64,000 nucleotides of DNA from Sumerlaeia bacterium (GTDB lineage Bacteria; Sumerlaeota; Sumerlaeia; SLMS01; JAHLLQ01): contig JAVJSW010000065.1 in the NCBI GenBank assembly GCA_040219255.1, positions 1 through 64,000 on the forward strand, written 5' to 3'. This document shows positions 1 to 10,373 of this stretch, one piece after another. The position numbers were made by a program, and so were the translations under genes. The notes under the pieces are model-generated. The model did no database searches. It saw only the letters and a list, made by a program, of their open reading frames with translations, and was not told where the DNA came from. Numbering within the stretch: position 1 is the stretch's first letter; each line of letters starts with the position of its first letter.

Positions 1-1311
1 CTGGGCGGGCCGGTCGCCGACGACCCGCACCAGCGAGGGGTCGTAAGGCGAGAGGATCGGGGCGGCGGGCCCAGTGGCGCCTTCCGGGCCCACCCGGAAG
101 CGGTTTCCGCTCAGCCGTTCCAGCGGAATGGTGGAGCCCGCGCCGCCCGTTCTCAGGTTCAAGACTCCGGACGTCTGGTCGAGGCCGATGCCCACCCGCT
201 CCCGTCCACCCCACCGGACATAGGAGCCCTCAATTTGGTGATCGGGATAAACTGGCTCCGCCTCGCGGACGAGCCTCGCCCGGGGGAAACGGGTTTGAAG
301 CAGATGGCCCATGGCCTTTTCGACAAAGGCCGAGTCGAACGCGCCCCTGCCGAGGAGCAGGCAGCCCCAGCCGAGCGGTTCGCAAACGAGCAGGAACGCC
401 ACCGAATCGACGTCCTTGCCTGTCTGGAAGAGTACCGGATATGCCGTGTGATCCGATGGGTTTTCCGGATCGTTGGAAACCCGGAGGGAGGCCGGTTTGC
501 CTGTGGCTCGGACCTGTTCGAAGAGGTGCTCGCCTTCTGGTGTGAGCAGTCGCTGTAGAACGCCGGCCAGATCCGGAGCCGCCATGCGGGCGCCAGCCGC
601 CCCCTCGGGCACCGAGGACTGACGGGAAATCGTGAGGGCCGAGGGTGGGAGATCGAGCGCCCGCCAGAGAAAGGCATCCAGCCCTGGCTCGCCCGAGCGT
701 GCAACCGCCCAGCGGGCAAGTTGGGCGTAGTTCCAATTGCAGTACTCGCGCGTGGCGTCGGGGGGGAAGAGCTGGATATACCGGGGCGGGTCGAGTTGCT
801 CTGAGGACCGGATTTCGAAGACGCCGGATCGGTGCAGGAGAAGCTCAAGCGCCGTCGGCGGGGATTCGATGGCGGCCGGGACCGTGGCGGGTCCGGGTCC
901 GGCGAGGGCGGCTATTTCACCGCAAGCGAGCCGGCCCTGGCGCTCCTCGGCCAGGATCGCCATGGCAAGCAGGGTTTTCGTGAGCGAGGCGAGTTCGTAG
1001 ACTTCGTCTGGAGGAACTCGGTTCCCCGGACCGGAATAGGTTTCCATCGCGCCGGATCGGAAAACCACCGCCACAAAGGAATCGACGTTGTGCTCCCGGG
1101 CGGCGGAGGCGAGGCGCCGGTCGGTCTCCTCCGGCGTGGCGAGGTCCCAGTCGGGGGAGGATTTTCCGGAACAACCTAGAGCAAAGAAAATAAAAACCAA
1201 AACCAAAGAGATGGCACAATGGCGCCGGGCCGAAAGACTCGGCGCGGGTCTGGCGCCTGGGGAAAAGTCCCCATCGGGCAGGCCCTCAAAGAGCCAAACT
1301 GTTTGACTCAT
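1..1311 (-). CDS. Beta-lactamase class C-like serine hydrolase, probable lipoprotein (runs off the left edge)
   Basis: Absent from the ORF track because it has no stop inside the window. Manual translation shows lipobox-like FFALGC, SxxK (ELASLTK), LLLHRSG, YxN (EYCNWNY) and AAGARMAAPDLA. Start codon is uncertain. Confidence 0.8.
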   Translation of the reverse strand, partial: MSQTVWLFEGLPDGDFSPGARPAPSLSARRHCAISLVLVFIFFALGCSGKSSPDWDLATPEETDRRLASAAREHNVDSFVAVVFRSGAMETYSGPGNRVPPDEVYELASLTKTLLAMAILAEERQGRLACGEIAALAGPGPATVPAAIESPPTALELLLHRSGVFEIRSSEQLDPPRYIQLFPPDATREYCNWNYAQLARWAVARSGEPGLDAFLWRALDLPPSALTISRQSSVPEGAAGARMAAPDLAGVLQRLLTPEGEHLFEQVRATGKPASLRVSNDPENPSDHTAYPVLFQTGKDVDSVAFLLVCEPLGWGCLLLGRGAFDSAFVEKAMGHLLQTRFPRARLVREAEPVYPDHQIEGSYVRWGGRERVGIGLDQTSGVLNLRTGGAGSTIPLERLSGNRFRVGPEGATGPAAPILSPYDPSLVRVVGDRPAQ

Positions 1312-1366
1312 ACCTGCCGGGTCGCCTAGCAATGGCTGATACTTCGTTTGCAAGTCGACCTTTCGC

Positions 1367-2995
1367 ATGCCACAAGTCCTCATCGCGGCCGTAGACAATT
1401 CCACATTCCTGTACCCTTCGATCGCGATCGGGCTGACCTCGGCCCTGTTTCTGCTCGGACTGCTGATCTGCCTGTTACAGGGCAGGCCTCGCCTTCCGGG
1501 TGGTTTCTCGACCGATACAGGATCTTCACCGGAGAATCCGCGGCCGAATGTGCAGCGCTCCGCCGCCGATCCGCGGGCCGGGTCCGGGGAGCAGCGGCGC
1601 ATCATGGAGGATGAACCGACAGAAGCAAGCGTCAACCAGCGCCCCCCGGTGGAAGACTCGACGGATGCGAAGACCGCGGCGCCGCCGCCCAGTGAATTCG
1701 CCCGCCAGGCGGAAGTGCACGAGAACTGGCTGAAGGCCGCCGATCTCTGGCGAGAGAGCGGAAACTTGCTGGCGGAGCGGGCCGCTCTTCTGAAGACGAA
1801 GAATCGCCAGCGGACAGCGCTGGTCGAGGCCGCCATCGGCCTCAACGACGAAGCGTTCGAGCGCTCGAAGCACCTGCTGGAAAGCAATCCCGCCGATCAT
1901 TCGCTGCGCCTTCGTCTGATTTCGAATTACTTGCAGCGCGGTAACCGCAGCGAAGCGAAAGATTTGGCGGGCGTCCTGATCGAGCCCGGAGGCCCGATCA
2001 AGCCGGACGCGAAGACACTCGGGCGGCTTGGTATGCTGTTCGAGTCTTTCGGCGAATACGACTTCGCCACGTCGATCTACAAAATCGCCCTGGCCAACGA
2101 CGCGATCAACGCCAATCTCTCCATGCGGGTCACCTATCTCCAGCATTTCGAGCGACTCGCAAGAAAGAATGAAGAAGGTGGGATCGCCCCCCCCACTCCC
2201 CTGCTGGGGCACAGCGCTCTGGGCGGCCTGAAATGCCAGACCAAGCTCCCGCAGGCGTTCCCCAAGGATCCTTTCCCTTCCGCTTTCGCCTTCGTCCGCT
2301 TACTGAAGGAAACCGAGCAATCGGTGATGTTCGAGGGCATCGACCGGCACCTGGACTTCCCGGTCGCCGTGAAGTTGCAGGAATTCCCGCTTCCCTCCGG
2401 CGAAATCGAGAACGTCCGCCAGCGGATGCGGGCCCTTTTCGGACTCAACCACCCCAATATTTCCAAGCTGACCTACGCCGATTCCATCGGGGGCTTGATC
2501 CGCGTGGTGTACGAATTCCACGGCGGCGGATCTCTTCCCGAAACGCTGGCGCGCCTCGACAATCTCGGATTCCCGATGGCGATGCGGTTCCTGATCCAGA
2601 TCGCGTCGGCGCTCGACTGGGCTCATCGCAAGGACCTCGCCCACGGGAACCTGAAGGCGGACAACGTCATGTTCGGCCCGGATCAATTGGTGAAACTGGG
2701 CGATTTCCAGATATGGAAAGACCATCCGGCGCCGCTCTACGAAGAATTCCAGCAAGACTTGATCGCCTTCGGCTCCATCATCCGCCTCGTCATCTCGAAG
2801 ATCACCGTGGCGCCCCCGACCCCGAGTTCTGGCGAGCATTTGAACCCGATGGAGGAGGCGGAAGATCTCGCCGGGAAGATCGAACGCCACGAAATCGAAG
2901 ACTTGCAGACGATTCGCACCATACTTGGAAACCTCCTCGACCGCTCGCTTCCCTCGAAGTTCGGAACGAGAAAATCCTGGGAGTCCACCCACTAA
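1367..2995 (+). CDS. Membrane-anchored TPR protein with a degenerate Ser/Thr kinase-like domain (likely pseudokinase)
   Basis: N-terminal TM helix, TPR-like helices, VAVK, HGNLKADNV and VKLGDFQ. Confidence 0.75.
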   Translation: MPQVLIAAVDNSTFLYPSIAIGLTSALFLLGLLICLLQGRPRLPGGFSTDTGSSPENPRPNVQRSAADPRAGSGEQRRIMEDEPTEASVNQRPPVEDSTDAKTAAPPPSEFARQAEVHENWLKAADLWRESGNLLAERAALLKTKNRQRTALVEAAIGLNDEAFERSKHLLESNPADHSLRLRLISNYLQRGNRSEAKDLAGVLIEPGGPIKPDAKTLGRLGMLFESFGEYDFATSIYKIALANDAINANLSMRVTYLQHFERLARKNEEGGIAPPTPLLGHSALGGLKCQTKLPQAFPKDPFPSAFAFVRLLKETEQSVMFEGIDRHLDFPVAVKLQEFPLPSGEIENVRQRMRALFGLNHPNISKLTYADSIGGLIRVVYEFHGGGSLPETLARLDNLGFPMAMRFLIQIASALDWAHRKDLAHGNLKADNVMFGPDQLVKLGDFQIWKDHPAPLYEEFQQDLIAFGSIIRLVISKITVAPPTPSSGEHLNPMEEAEDLAGKIERHEIEDLQTIRTILGNLLDRSLPSKFGTRKSWESTH

Positions 2996-3000
2996 ACGCC

Positions 3001-3042
3001 ACTCACTGATCGCTACTCACTGATCGCCACTTACTCAAATCG
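3001..3042. repeat. Short 14-bp tandem repeat (ACTCACTGATCGCY x2 plus a degenerate third copy)
   Basis: actcactgatcgct actcactgatcgcc acttactcaaatcg in the intergenic gap. Confidence 0.6.
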
Positions 3043-3060
3043 GGAGCCATTGAGTCCGCC

Positions 3061-3828
3061 GTGTTCCGTGGTCTAACGCGAGCCGAACAACTGATCGCCA
3101 TCGCCGTTGCCCTGACGTTAGCGTTGGGGGCCACGTTGTCCCATCTCCAATCGAAGCGCCAGGCCCAGACCCATTCCGTGACCATTGTGTCTGCCCAGCC
3201 CTGGCAGCCAGCTTCGGCGCCTGTTTCCTTGGCGGCCGACGCGCCGCCGGCCGTGGCGAATGTGATCGACATTCCCGCGGCCAGAACGGGCGACCCGCGC
3301 GTCGATCTGAATACGGCGTCCGCCGAGTTGCTGGCGACGTTGCCCGGCATTGGCGAGGTGAAGGCGGAGGCGATCGTGATCGAGCGCGAGCGCAACGGCC
3401 CCTTCCGCAGTGTCGGCGATCTGCAGCGTGTCTCCGGCATTGGCGGGAAAACCGCCGAAGCCCTCGTCCCCCACGCGGTGGCCACGGCGCCGGAAACCGC
3501 TCCCCCGCCGGTTTCCGCGGGGTTCTCGCCGCGGGGCGCCCCTTCGGCCAACTCCGGATTCGCTGTTCAGGGTTCTCCGCCCGCCGAGGCCGGGTTCCGG
3601 GCGCCTGGCCGGGTGACTCCTTCGGCGCCAGCGCTGCCGGTGGTGCGGTTGAATACGGCGTCGCAGGAGGAGCTGATGAGCCTGGATGGGATCGGGGAAA
3701 AGATCGCGACCCGTATTTTGCTCGACCGCGCCGCCAATGGGCCTTACCGCAGTATCGACGATCTGGAACGGGTGCGAGGAATCGGCCCGAAAACGATCGC
3801 CAAGAATCGTCACCGATTGGCCCTTTAG
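3061..3828 (+). CDS. comEA: ComEA-family DNA-binding protein with two helix-hairpin-helix modules
   Basis: N-terminal TM. Two modules: VDLNTASAELLATLPGIG...GPFRSVGDLQRVSGIG and VRLNTASQEELMSLDGIG...LERVRGIGPK. Confidence 0.85.
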   Translation: MFRGLTRAEQLIAIAVALTLALGATLSHLQSKRQAQTHSVTIVSAQPWQPASAPVSLAADAPPAVANVIDIPAARTGDPRVDLNTASAELLATLPGIGEVKAEAIVIERERNGPFRSVGDLQRVSGIGGKTAEALVPHAVATAPETAPPPVSAGFSPRGAPSANSGFAVQGSPPAEAGFRAPGRVTPSAPALPVVRLNTASQEELMSLDGIGEKIATRILLDRAANGPYRSIDDLERVRGIGPKTIAKNRHRLAL

Positions 3829-3844
3829 GTTTCCCCCTGAACTT

Positions 3845-6367
3845 ATGCGTTCCTTTGTTTCCGGCTTCCTTTGCTTGCTCGCGCTGCTGCTCGCCAGTCC
3901 CCTGAATGCGCAGGACTTGACCATCAATGTCACCGCGGGTTTCGGCGGCTATTACCGTCCCGGCCGGTGGTGCCCGGTCACGGTCTCCATCGACAATCGC
4001 CCCAAGAGCGGCAAGCCCGGCGACCGCGATCTGGATTACTCCGGCACGCTGGTAATCGAAAGCGAATCGATGGACCGCGAGCCGATTCGCTTCACACGCC
4101 AGGTGGAAGTGCCGGGGTTTTCGAGCCAACGCTTCACCGTCCTGGCCAAGTTCCCGGAGTCCCCTCTGCCGGCCCAGCCCACGGTGAAGATCCGCAACGA
4201 GAACGGCCGCCTTCTGCAGGAAGTCCCCATCGACATCCAGCCGCTGAAGAAATCGCAGGTGCTTCTGGTCACGATTTCCGAGGAGCTGCGCCGCCTGCGC
4301 TATCCACTGCTGCGCCAGGCGGAACTCTATCCCATTGTGCAGGCCCCCTTGGACCCGCGCGAAATGGCCTCTCATTGGGCAGGCTACGACTCCATCGATG
4401 TGCTGGTGGTGCCAAGCTGGCCCCAGAACCGAATCACTTCGTTTCAGGCCGAAGCGCTCCGCGATTGGGTGGCCATGGGGGGGACGCTGGTCTTCCTGGG
4501 CGGTGCGGGCACTTCGAGCTACGGCGCCACCGTTCCGGAAGGCCTTTTGCCGGTGGAGACGTCGGAGAGCACGCGCTTCCAGGTCGGCGGCCCCCGCGGC
4601 CTGGAGCCGACGGACGATGAGGGCGGCCTGGTCGAGGGCGAGGTGATTCTCGTCAGCAAGGTGGATCGCGTGGCCGAGGCGGCCACCGTGGTTTTTGCCA
4701 GCAACGACGCTCCCATCCTGATCCGCGAAGCCCACGGCAAGGGGCAGATTCTGTTCCTGACGCTGGACCTGGAGACGCTGCCGCGGGAGCTGCGCGAGGC
4801 GTTGACGCCCTACTGGATGGGCATGATGCCGGTGCGCAGCCTCACCGATTGGGAATACGAAGTCCCGGAAACGCTGGCCAAATTCACCACGCTAGAGAAA
4901 GCCCGCCCCCCCAACGTGGTGCTGATTATTCTGATTTGCATCGTGTACACGATTCTGGTTGGACCGGTGAATTTCGTGCTCCTGTCGCGGGCGAACAAGG
5001 TTCAGCTCGCGTGGTTCACGGTGCCGGCGATCGTGCTGACCTTCTCCGTTTTGATTTATGTGGCCGGCATGCTGACGAAAGGCGGCAGCACGGTGGCGCG
5101 CGAGTTGACGCTCCTGGAGAGCGTTTCCGGCGAGGCTGTCTTCGCCGAACGCAGCTTTATCAGCATCTTCGTCCCCAGCGCGGGCGACTACGAGGCCGTA
5201 CCGGTCAAGGAACCGCAGACCGTGGCGGATACCTACGTCTGGCATGATGTGGAGATGTTCCGGGCCGACTCGGTGATCGCGGGCATTTCCCGGGCCGCCT
5301 CGACCGGCGGCGGGGCCCTCGGCCTGACCGACACGACGCCGGAGGTGGATTTCGATGGCTCGGTCGCCGCGGTGGACCGGTGGCCTCTGCGCACCTTCGA
5401 CACGACGCAGTTCGAGGTACGCGGTCCGCGCGAGATGCCAGGAGGCATCAACGGTCAGCTTCGATTCCGCGCCCCGAACTCGCAGTCCGCCGTGCTGTCG
5501 GGCGAAATCGCCAATGCCACGGGATTGAACTTCGTGGGTTCGGCCCTGTTCCTCGGGGGCCGGGGGATCGACCTGGGACCCTGGAAAGCGAGCGAATCGC
5601 GCAGCTTCGCCGAGGGCGACCTGGCCTTCCTCTTCACCGGCGCCCGAAGCACCGCCACCGAGGCGGACGCCCTCACAATGATCGAGAAAATCAGCCCCGC
5701 GGCCCTGCCCGAAACCGACGAGCAGGTCGGCCGCCGCAATGCCAAGGAGCTGCTTCTCAAGATCTTCCGGCCTTATTCCGCCGGAGACATTCTTCCCCCC
5801 ATGAACGGAAAGTGCGTCTTCATCGGCATAGCGGAAGACCCGGAGCTATCGGTCTCCATGAACCTCGAGCGCGATGCCGGAATCCGCACCACCGTGCTGA
5901 TCGTCGAGATGGACCTGGTCCTTTCCGCCGGGCGCCATATCATCCCGTCGGCCATCGTGGACACCAAGCTGGTGGACTATCCGACCGACCGCTCCTTCAC
6001 CATCGAGGGCGAATATGGAAGCCTGATGCGGCTCGACCGCCCGACGGACGTCTTCCTCACCATCGGCCTGCCCTTCAGGCAGCCGGGTCTCGACGTCCGC
6101 ACCGTGATGAACAACGTGCTCAAGACCGATGAGAACAACTACGCGATCGACATCGGCATCTACGATCAATCCGGCAGCCAATTCCTTTCCATGACCAATT
6201 CCAGTTCGATCGGCAACACCGGAGGCCAAGTCATCTCTATGCCCTACAGCGGCCGCTCTTGGATTTTGTTCAAGGGCACCAAAAAGAACGAGGACCAGAA
6301 CACCTTCATCGGCGGCAACGGCACGGTCCAGGACATCCGCTTCCTCCTGGAGGCCTACCGGAATTGA
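3845..6367 (+). CDS. Large exported/membrane hypothetical protein with a glutamine-amidotransferase-like fold segment
   Basis: Signal peptide (MRSFVSG...LNAQ), YRPGRWCPV, ALRDWVAMGGTLV, two central TM helices (LVGPVN...AWFTVP). Confidence 0.7.
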   Translation: MRSFVSGFLCLLALLLASPLNAQDLTINVTAGFGGYYRPGRWCPVTVSIDNRPKSGKPGDRDLDYSGTLVIESESMDREPIRFTRQVEVPGFSSQRFTVLAKFPESPLPAQPTVKIRNENGRLLQEVPIDIQPLKKSQVLLVTISEELRRLRYPLLRQAELYPIVQAPLDPREMASHWAGYDSIDVLVVPSWPQNRITSFQAEALRDWVAMGGTLVFLGGAGTSSYGATVPEGLLPVETSESTRFQVGGPRGLEPTDDEGGLVEGEVILVSKVDRVAEAATVVFASNDAPILIREAHGKGQILFLTLDLETLPRELREALTPYWMGMMPVRSLTDWEYEVPETLAKFTTLEKARPPNVVLIILICIVYTILVGPVNFVLLSRANKVQLAWFTVPAIVLTFSVLIYVAGMLTKGGSTVARELTLLESVSGEAVFAERSFISIFVPSAGDYEAVPVKEPQTVADTYVWHDVEMFRADSVIAGISRAASTGGGALGLTDTTPEVDFDGSVAAVDRWPLRTFDTTQFEVRGPREMPGGINGQLRFRAPNSQSAVLSGEIANATGLNFVGSALFLGGRGIDLGPWKASESRSFAEGDLAFLFTGARSTATEADALTMIEKISPAALPETDEQVGRRNAKELLLKIFRPYSAGDILPPMNGKCVFIGIAEDPELSVSMNLERDAGIRTTVLIVEMDLVLSAGRHIIPSAIVDTKLVDYPTDRSFTIEGEYGSLMRLDRPTDVFLTIGLPFRQPGLDVRTVMNNVLKTDENNYAIDIGIYDQSGSQFLSMTNSSSIGNTGGQVISMPYSGRSWILFKGTKKNEDQNTFIGGNGTVQDIRFLLEAYRN

Positions 6368-6414
6368 AGTTCCTGTCGTTTCTGCGCTCCCTCCCAGGCT
6401 TCATTCCGTCATGG

Positions 6415-7554
6415 ATGAAACCGGCGTTTCTAATGGAGAAGTTCAATCGCCTCCCCAAGCCCGCCCGCATCGGTTTCTGGCTGGCGTTGCTCGTCTTCGC
6501 CCTCGCGATGCCGGTTTTTGGCTTCGACCAGAACGATCTCTACAAGTTCGTCCGCATCGGGATCTTCACTATCGCAGCCCTCGGCTTGAACGTCCAGGTC
6601 GGTTACACCGGCTTGCTCAACCTGGGCTTCGCTGGCTTTATTGCCATTGGGGCTTATACCTGTGGCGTCCTCATCAAGACCTATGAGTGGACCTTCTGGC
6701 TCGCCCTGCCGGCCTCCGTGCTGCACGCGGCTTTGTGGGGAATCCTGTTGGGCCTGCCGACATTGCGGCTGACGGGCGATTATTTCGCCATCGTGACGTT
6801 CGGGTTTTCCGAGCTGGTTCTGCTGGTCGCCAAGAACTGGGGCTCGGTCACCGGCGGCGCCCAGGGTCTCGTCGGCGTGCCCCGGCCGAGCCTCGGCGCC
6901 TTCGGCGAATGGCTTCAGACAATCGGCGTGGACAAGTCGTTGGTGGTTTTTTCTCCCATCGACAACGCACCCTACTGGTTCCTGACGGTCCTCTGCGTGG
7001 CGCTGTCGATCATTGTCCTGTGGAGAGTCACTCATTCCCGGGTGGGTCGCGCGTGGCGCGCCATCCGCGAAGACGAGATCGCGGCGGAAGCCTGTGGGAT
7101 CAACGGCAAGTGGTACAAGACGCTGGCCTTCGCGGTCAGCGCCGGGCTCGGCGGGTTGTCCGGCGGCTTGCTCTGCCTGCTGGTGGGCGGGGTTTACCCG
7201 AACAACTTCCGCTTTCTCGAGAGCGTCATCGTGCTCGTCTACGTCGTATTCGGCGGGATGGGGAGCATTCTCGGCAGCGTGGCGGGAACCGTGGCTCTGA
7301 TGTGGCTCTTGGAAAACCTGCGCGACGTGATCGAGAACTTCAACCGCGAGAGCGAGACCATCACCATCGACGCCGAAGCCCGCTATGTGATCTTCGGTCT
7401 GATCCTGATCGCGGTGATGCGCCTGCGGCCCGAAGGCATTTTTCCCAGCAAGCGCGTCAAGATGGAGCTTCACCCGAGCACATACGAAGAAGCGCGCCGC
7501 GAGGATGCCACGCTCTTCGACTTCGCCCGCGACGGCGAGCGGCCCCTGATATAG
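6415..7554 (+). CDS. livM: Branched-chain amino acid ABC transporter permease (LivM family)
   Basis: GLNVQVGYTGLLNLG, LRLTGDYFAIVTFGF, AIREDEIAA, GGMGS, RPEGI. Confidence 0.9.
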   Translation: MKPAFLMEKFNRLPKPARIGFWLALLVFALAMPVFGFDQNDLYKFVRIGIFTIAALGLNVQVGYTGLLNLGFAGFIAIGAYTCGVLIKTYEWTFWLALPASVLHAALWGILLGLPTLRLTGDYFAIVTFGFSELVLLVAKNWGSVTGGAQGLVGVPRPSLGAFGEWLQTIGVDKSLVVFSPIDNAPYWFLTVLCVALSIIVLWRVTHSRVGRAWRAIREDEIAAEACGINGKWYKTLAFAVSAGLGGLSGGLLCLLVGGVYPNNFRFLESVIVLVYVVFGGMGSILGSVAGTVALMWLLENLRDVIENFNRESETITIDAEARYVIFGLILIAVMRLRPEGIFPSKRVKMELHPSTYEEARREDATLFDFARDGERPLI

Positions 7555-7585
7555 GGTCGCTGGTTTCAGGATCGGCGATTGAGAA

Positions 7586-8776
7586 TCAGTCGCGGCCCCG
7601 ACCGCGACCCCGGCCCCGGCGGTCTTCTTCGGGTTCGGGCTTCTCGACGACCAACGCGGCCCAGCTCTGGCCCGGGGCCAGCGTCTTCGGCGGCGTTATC
7701 GCCGAGTTCTTGTTCCGGTTCTGGAACCGCACGTCCAGCGTCCGCGTCGTGGACGTGTCGAACAGCAGCGGCGCCGTCAGCTCGATCGTCTTATCCAGAG
7801 CCTCCTCCTCCGGGGGCGTGATGTCCTCGCCGTTGACGGTCACGCGCAGCGATCCGGGAAAGTGGCGAAGGACCTCCCTCCCCCACCGTTGCGGCACGGC
7901 GTCGTCCAGTTCGACGGTCAAGCTTTGCGTCGCGCTCGCGTCTTCGGCGGCGGCGGTGATCTCCCATCGCGGGATGCCTGCCCGCGCCCACTCGCAGAGG
8001 CCCAGGAATAACGTGGCGGCCATCCGGTCGTTGTAGGCTTCCATGGCGAGGCGGTCTTCTTCAGGCGGATGCGTGTAGAAGGAACACTCCGCCAGGACAG
8101 CGGTCATTTCCGTCATCCGCAGAACCCCGAAACCCGACTCGTACATCAGGAAATCGCTGTAGATGCCGCTGTGCTGGGGCTCGCCGGGACGCATCCAGGT
8201 CACCAGGCTGGCGGCCATTTCGCGGGCGACGTCGATGCTGGCGGGGCGCTCGGCCCCGGTCCCGTGGTACCATACAGACGAGTAATCCGCGGAGGCCCGC
8301 GCCGACGCATTGTGATGAACGGACACATAGAGGTCCGCCTGCCACTCGTTGGCCATTCTGGCGCGGTCGGCCAGGGAGATGTCGATGTCCTCGGTGCGGA
8401 TCAGGAGCACTTCGGCGCCGGCTTCGCGGAGCAGTTCCGCGAGGCGGTTCGAGGTGTTCTGGTTGATCACGGCTTCGCGCAAGCCGGAGGGACCGCGCTT
8501 GAAGCCCGCCCATTGAGGGCCGATGTCGCCGCCATGGCCGGGATCGATGGCGACGCGAAGTCCTCGCAGATAGCTGGCGGAATGGGGAAGCCCGCGGCCC
8601 ATGTCGGGCAGCAGATCGGCCTCCTCGGGCGCGATGTTCTTCTGCGTCAGGCCGCGAATTTCGGGCGCGAGAGGCGGCGGCGAATCGGCTGTGGGCTTCA
8701 TGTCCTGCGCGAGCAGGAGGACCGGCGCGGCCCATGCCATCAGCACCAGGCCGGTCGTAATCTTGAGGTTCATCAT
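7586..8776 (-). CDS. N-acetylmuramoyl-L-alanine amidase (Amidase_3)
   Basis: Signal peptide plus Zn-ligand motifs IDPGHGG, LREAVIN, SVHHNA and LAECSF. Confidence 0.9.
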   Translation of the reverse strand: MMNLKITTGLVLMAWAAPVLLLAQDMKPTADSPPPLAPEIRGLTQKNIAPEEADLLPDMGRGLPHSASYLRGLRVAIDPGHGGDIGPQWAGFKRGPSGLREAVINQNTSNRLAELLREAGAEVLLIRTEDIDISLADRARMANEWQADLYVSVHHNASARASADYSSVWYHGTGAERPASIDVAREMAASLVTWMRPGEPQHSGIYSDFLMYESGFGVLRMTEMTAVLAECSFYTHPPEEDRLAMEAYNDRMAATLFLGLCEWARAGIPRWEITAAAEDASATQSLTVELDDAVPQRWGREVLRHFPGSLRVTVNGEDITPPEEEALDKTIELTAPLLFDTSTTRTLDVRFQNRNKNSAITPPKTLAPGQSWAALVVEKPEPEEDRRGRGRGRGRD

Positions 8777-8795
8777 GAAAAACTCCTGGAGTACC

Positions 8796-9584
8796 TTACA
8801 AAGAAGAGATCAGCCCGCCGTCGACGAGCCAGTTGCCGCCGTTGAGGTAGGATGCCTGCGGCGAGCAGAGAAAGGCGGCGAGCGAGCCGAGATCACGGGT
8901 CGCCCCAAGGCGTCCGGCGGGGATGGACCGCTCGACCCGCTGGCGCTGCTCGGCGGCGGAAATGCCCGCGGCGGTGGCCTGCTTCTCGAACAGCATCGCC
9001 AGCCGGTCCGTATCGATGCGGCCCGGGGCCAGCGAATGACAGCAAATTCCGTGCGGCGCCAATTCCTGGGACAGCGATTTGATCAGCCCCAGCACGCCAG
9101 GCCGCAAGACGTTCGAGAGCGTCAGGCCCGGGATGGGCGCCTTGGTGGAACTGCTGGTGACGACGAAGAAGCGTCCGGCGGGGCTTTTCCTCAGGTGCGG
9201 CAGGGCCGCCTGCAGCAACGCCACCGGCGAAATCAGGAGCAATTCCGAGGCCCCGCGCCAGGCGTCGAGCCCCAAGTCCGCGAAATTTCCGGGGGGCGGG
9301 CCGCCGCTGTTGCACACGACGATGTCGAGGCGCCCGAAGAGTTTGGCGGCGCGGGCGGCAAGGCTGGCGGACGCGGCGGGGTCACCGCTGTCGCAGACGG
9401 CGTATTCGGCTCGGCCCCGTCCCAAGGCGGCGAGTTCGCCAGCCGCCGAAGCCAGCGGGCCCTCCGTTCGGCCGGTGAGGAGCACGTGGGCGCCTTCCTC
9501 CACGAGCGAGCGCGCGATGCCTAGGCCGATACCTTTGCTGGCGCCCTGAACGATGGCCGCATGACCGGTGATTTCTAGATCCAT
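8796..9584 (-). CDS. SDR family oxidoreductase
   Basis: GASKGIG, NSGGPPPG, PGRIDT, VDGG. SxxxR (SNVLR) stands in place of YxxxK. Confidence 0.9.
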   Translation of the reverse strand: MDLEITGHAAIVQGASKGIGLGIARSLVEEGAHVLLTGRTEGPLASAAGELAALGRGRAEYAVCDSGDPAASASLAARAAKLFGRLDIVVCNSGGPPPGNFADLGLDAWRGASELLLISPVALLQAALPHLRKSPAGRFFVVTSSSTKAPIPGLTLSNVLRPGVLGLIKSLSQELAPHGICCHSLAPGRIDTDRLAMLFEKQATAAGISAAEQRQRVERSIPAGRLGATRDLGSLAAFLCSPQASYLNGGNWLVDGGLISSL

Positions 9585-9618
9585 GGGGGGTGGTCTTTCT
9601 CGAAAGGTGGGATGCCGC

Positions 9619-10341
9619 TCAAGTCAGACGATGCCACTCGCCCTTGGCGTCCGCAATCTCACAGGGGCGGAAATTCGTTTTGTAGTTCATTTTCCGGCAA
9701 TCCGGGATGTAGTAGCCCAGATAGTAATGGCTCAGGCGGCGGCTGCGCGCGAACTGGATCAACCAAAGGATCGCCCACGTCCCCAGGCTCCGCTCCGGCA
9801 TTTCCGGCGCGAAGTAGGTGTACACCGAACTGAGGCAGTCGAAGTCCACATCGACGATCGCGCATCCGATCAATTCGTCGTTGTCCCAGAAACAGACCTC
9901 GAGCGTCTCCAGCGGCGACTCGTAAAGAAAGCCACTGAACTCCTCCCAGGTGCTGCACATATCGCCGACATGGCGGCCGCGCTGATAACGGAGGAAGAGA
10001 TGGAACTTCTCCTCCGTCGGCACGGGGGCGCGAACGTGCGCTTCGAGGTGCCCGTTCCTCTTCAGAAGACGGCGCTGGGTGCGATTGAGCTGGAAATCTT
10101 TGACGGCGATGCGGATCGGGCGGCATTGGCTGCAACCGGCGCAGGACGGCTTGTAGAGGACGCGGCCGCTGCGGCGCCATCCCTGATCCATCAGGCAGCG
10201 GTAGACGCCAAAGGGCAGGCGGTCGGCGGCGAAGGCCCGTTCCCGGGCCATTTGACCCGTCAGGTAAGGGCAGGTGTGCTCGGGTCCGGTGGGGAGGCCG
10301 AGGTCGCTAAAGTCGAGGCCGAAGAGTTTCGGATCGTTCAT
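9619..10341 (-). CDS. Arginyl-tRNA-protein transferase / Asp-Glu leucyltransferase (Ate/Bpt family)
   Basis: HTCPYL, GWRRSG, YKPSCxxCxxC, SSVYTYF, SLGT, YYLGYYI, KMNYK. Confidence 0.9.
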   Translation of the reverse strand: MNDPKLFGLDFSDLGLPTGPEHTCPYLTGQMARERAFAADRLPFGVYRCLMDQGWRRSGRVLYKPSCAGCSQCRPIRIAVKDFQLNRTQRRLLKRNGHLEAHVRAPVPTEEKFHLFLRYQRGRHVGDMCSTWEEFSGFLYESPLETLEVCFWDNDELIGCAIVDVDFDCLSSVYTYFAPEMPERSLGTWAILWLIQFARSRRLSHYYLGYYIPDCRKMNYKTNFRPCEIADAKGEWHRLT

Positions 10342-10373
10342 GGGCCAGCCTCGGGTGGCAGGGGGGAAGGGTT

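Noticed and set aside
159-1219. Several short ORFs listed in the track
   Set aside because: Explained by the unlisted minus-strand serine hydrolase frame at 1-1311.
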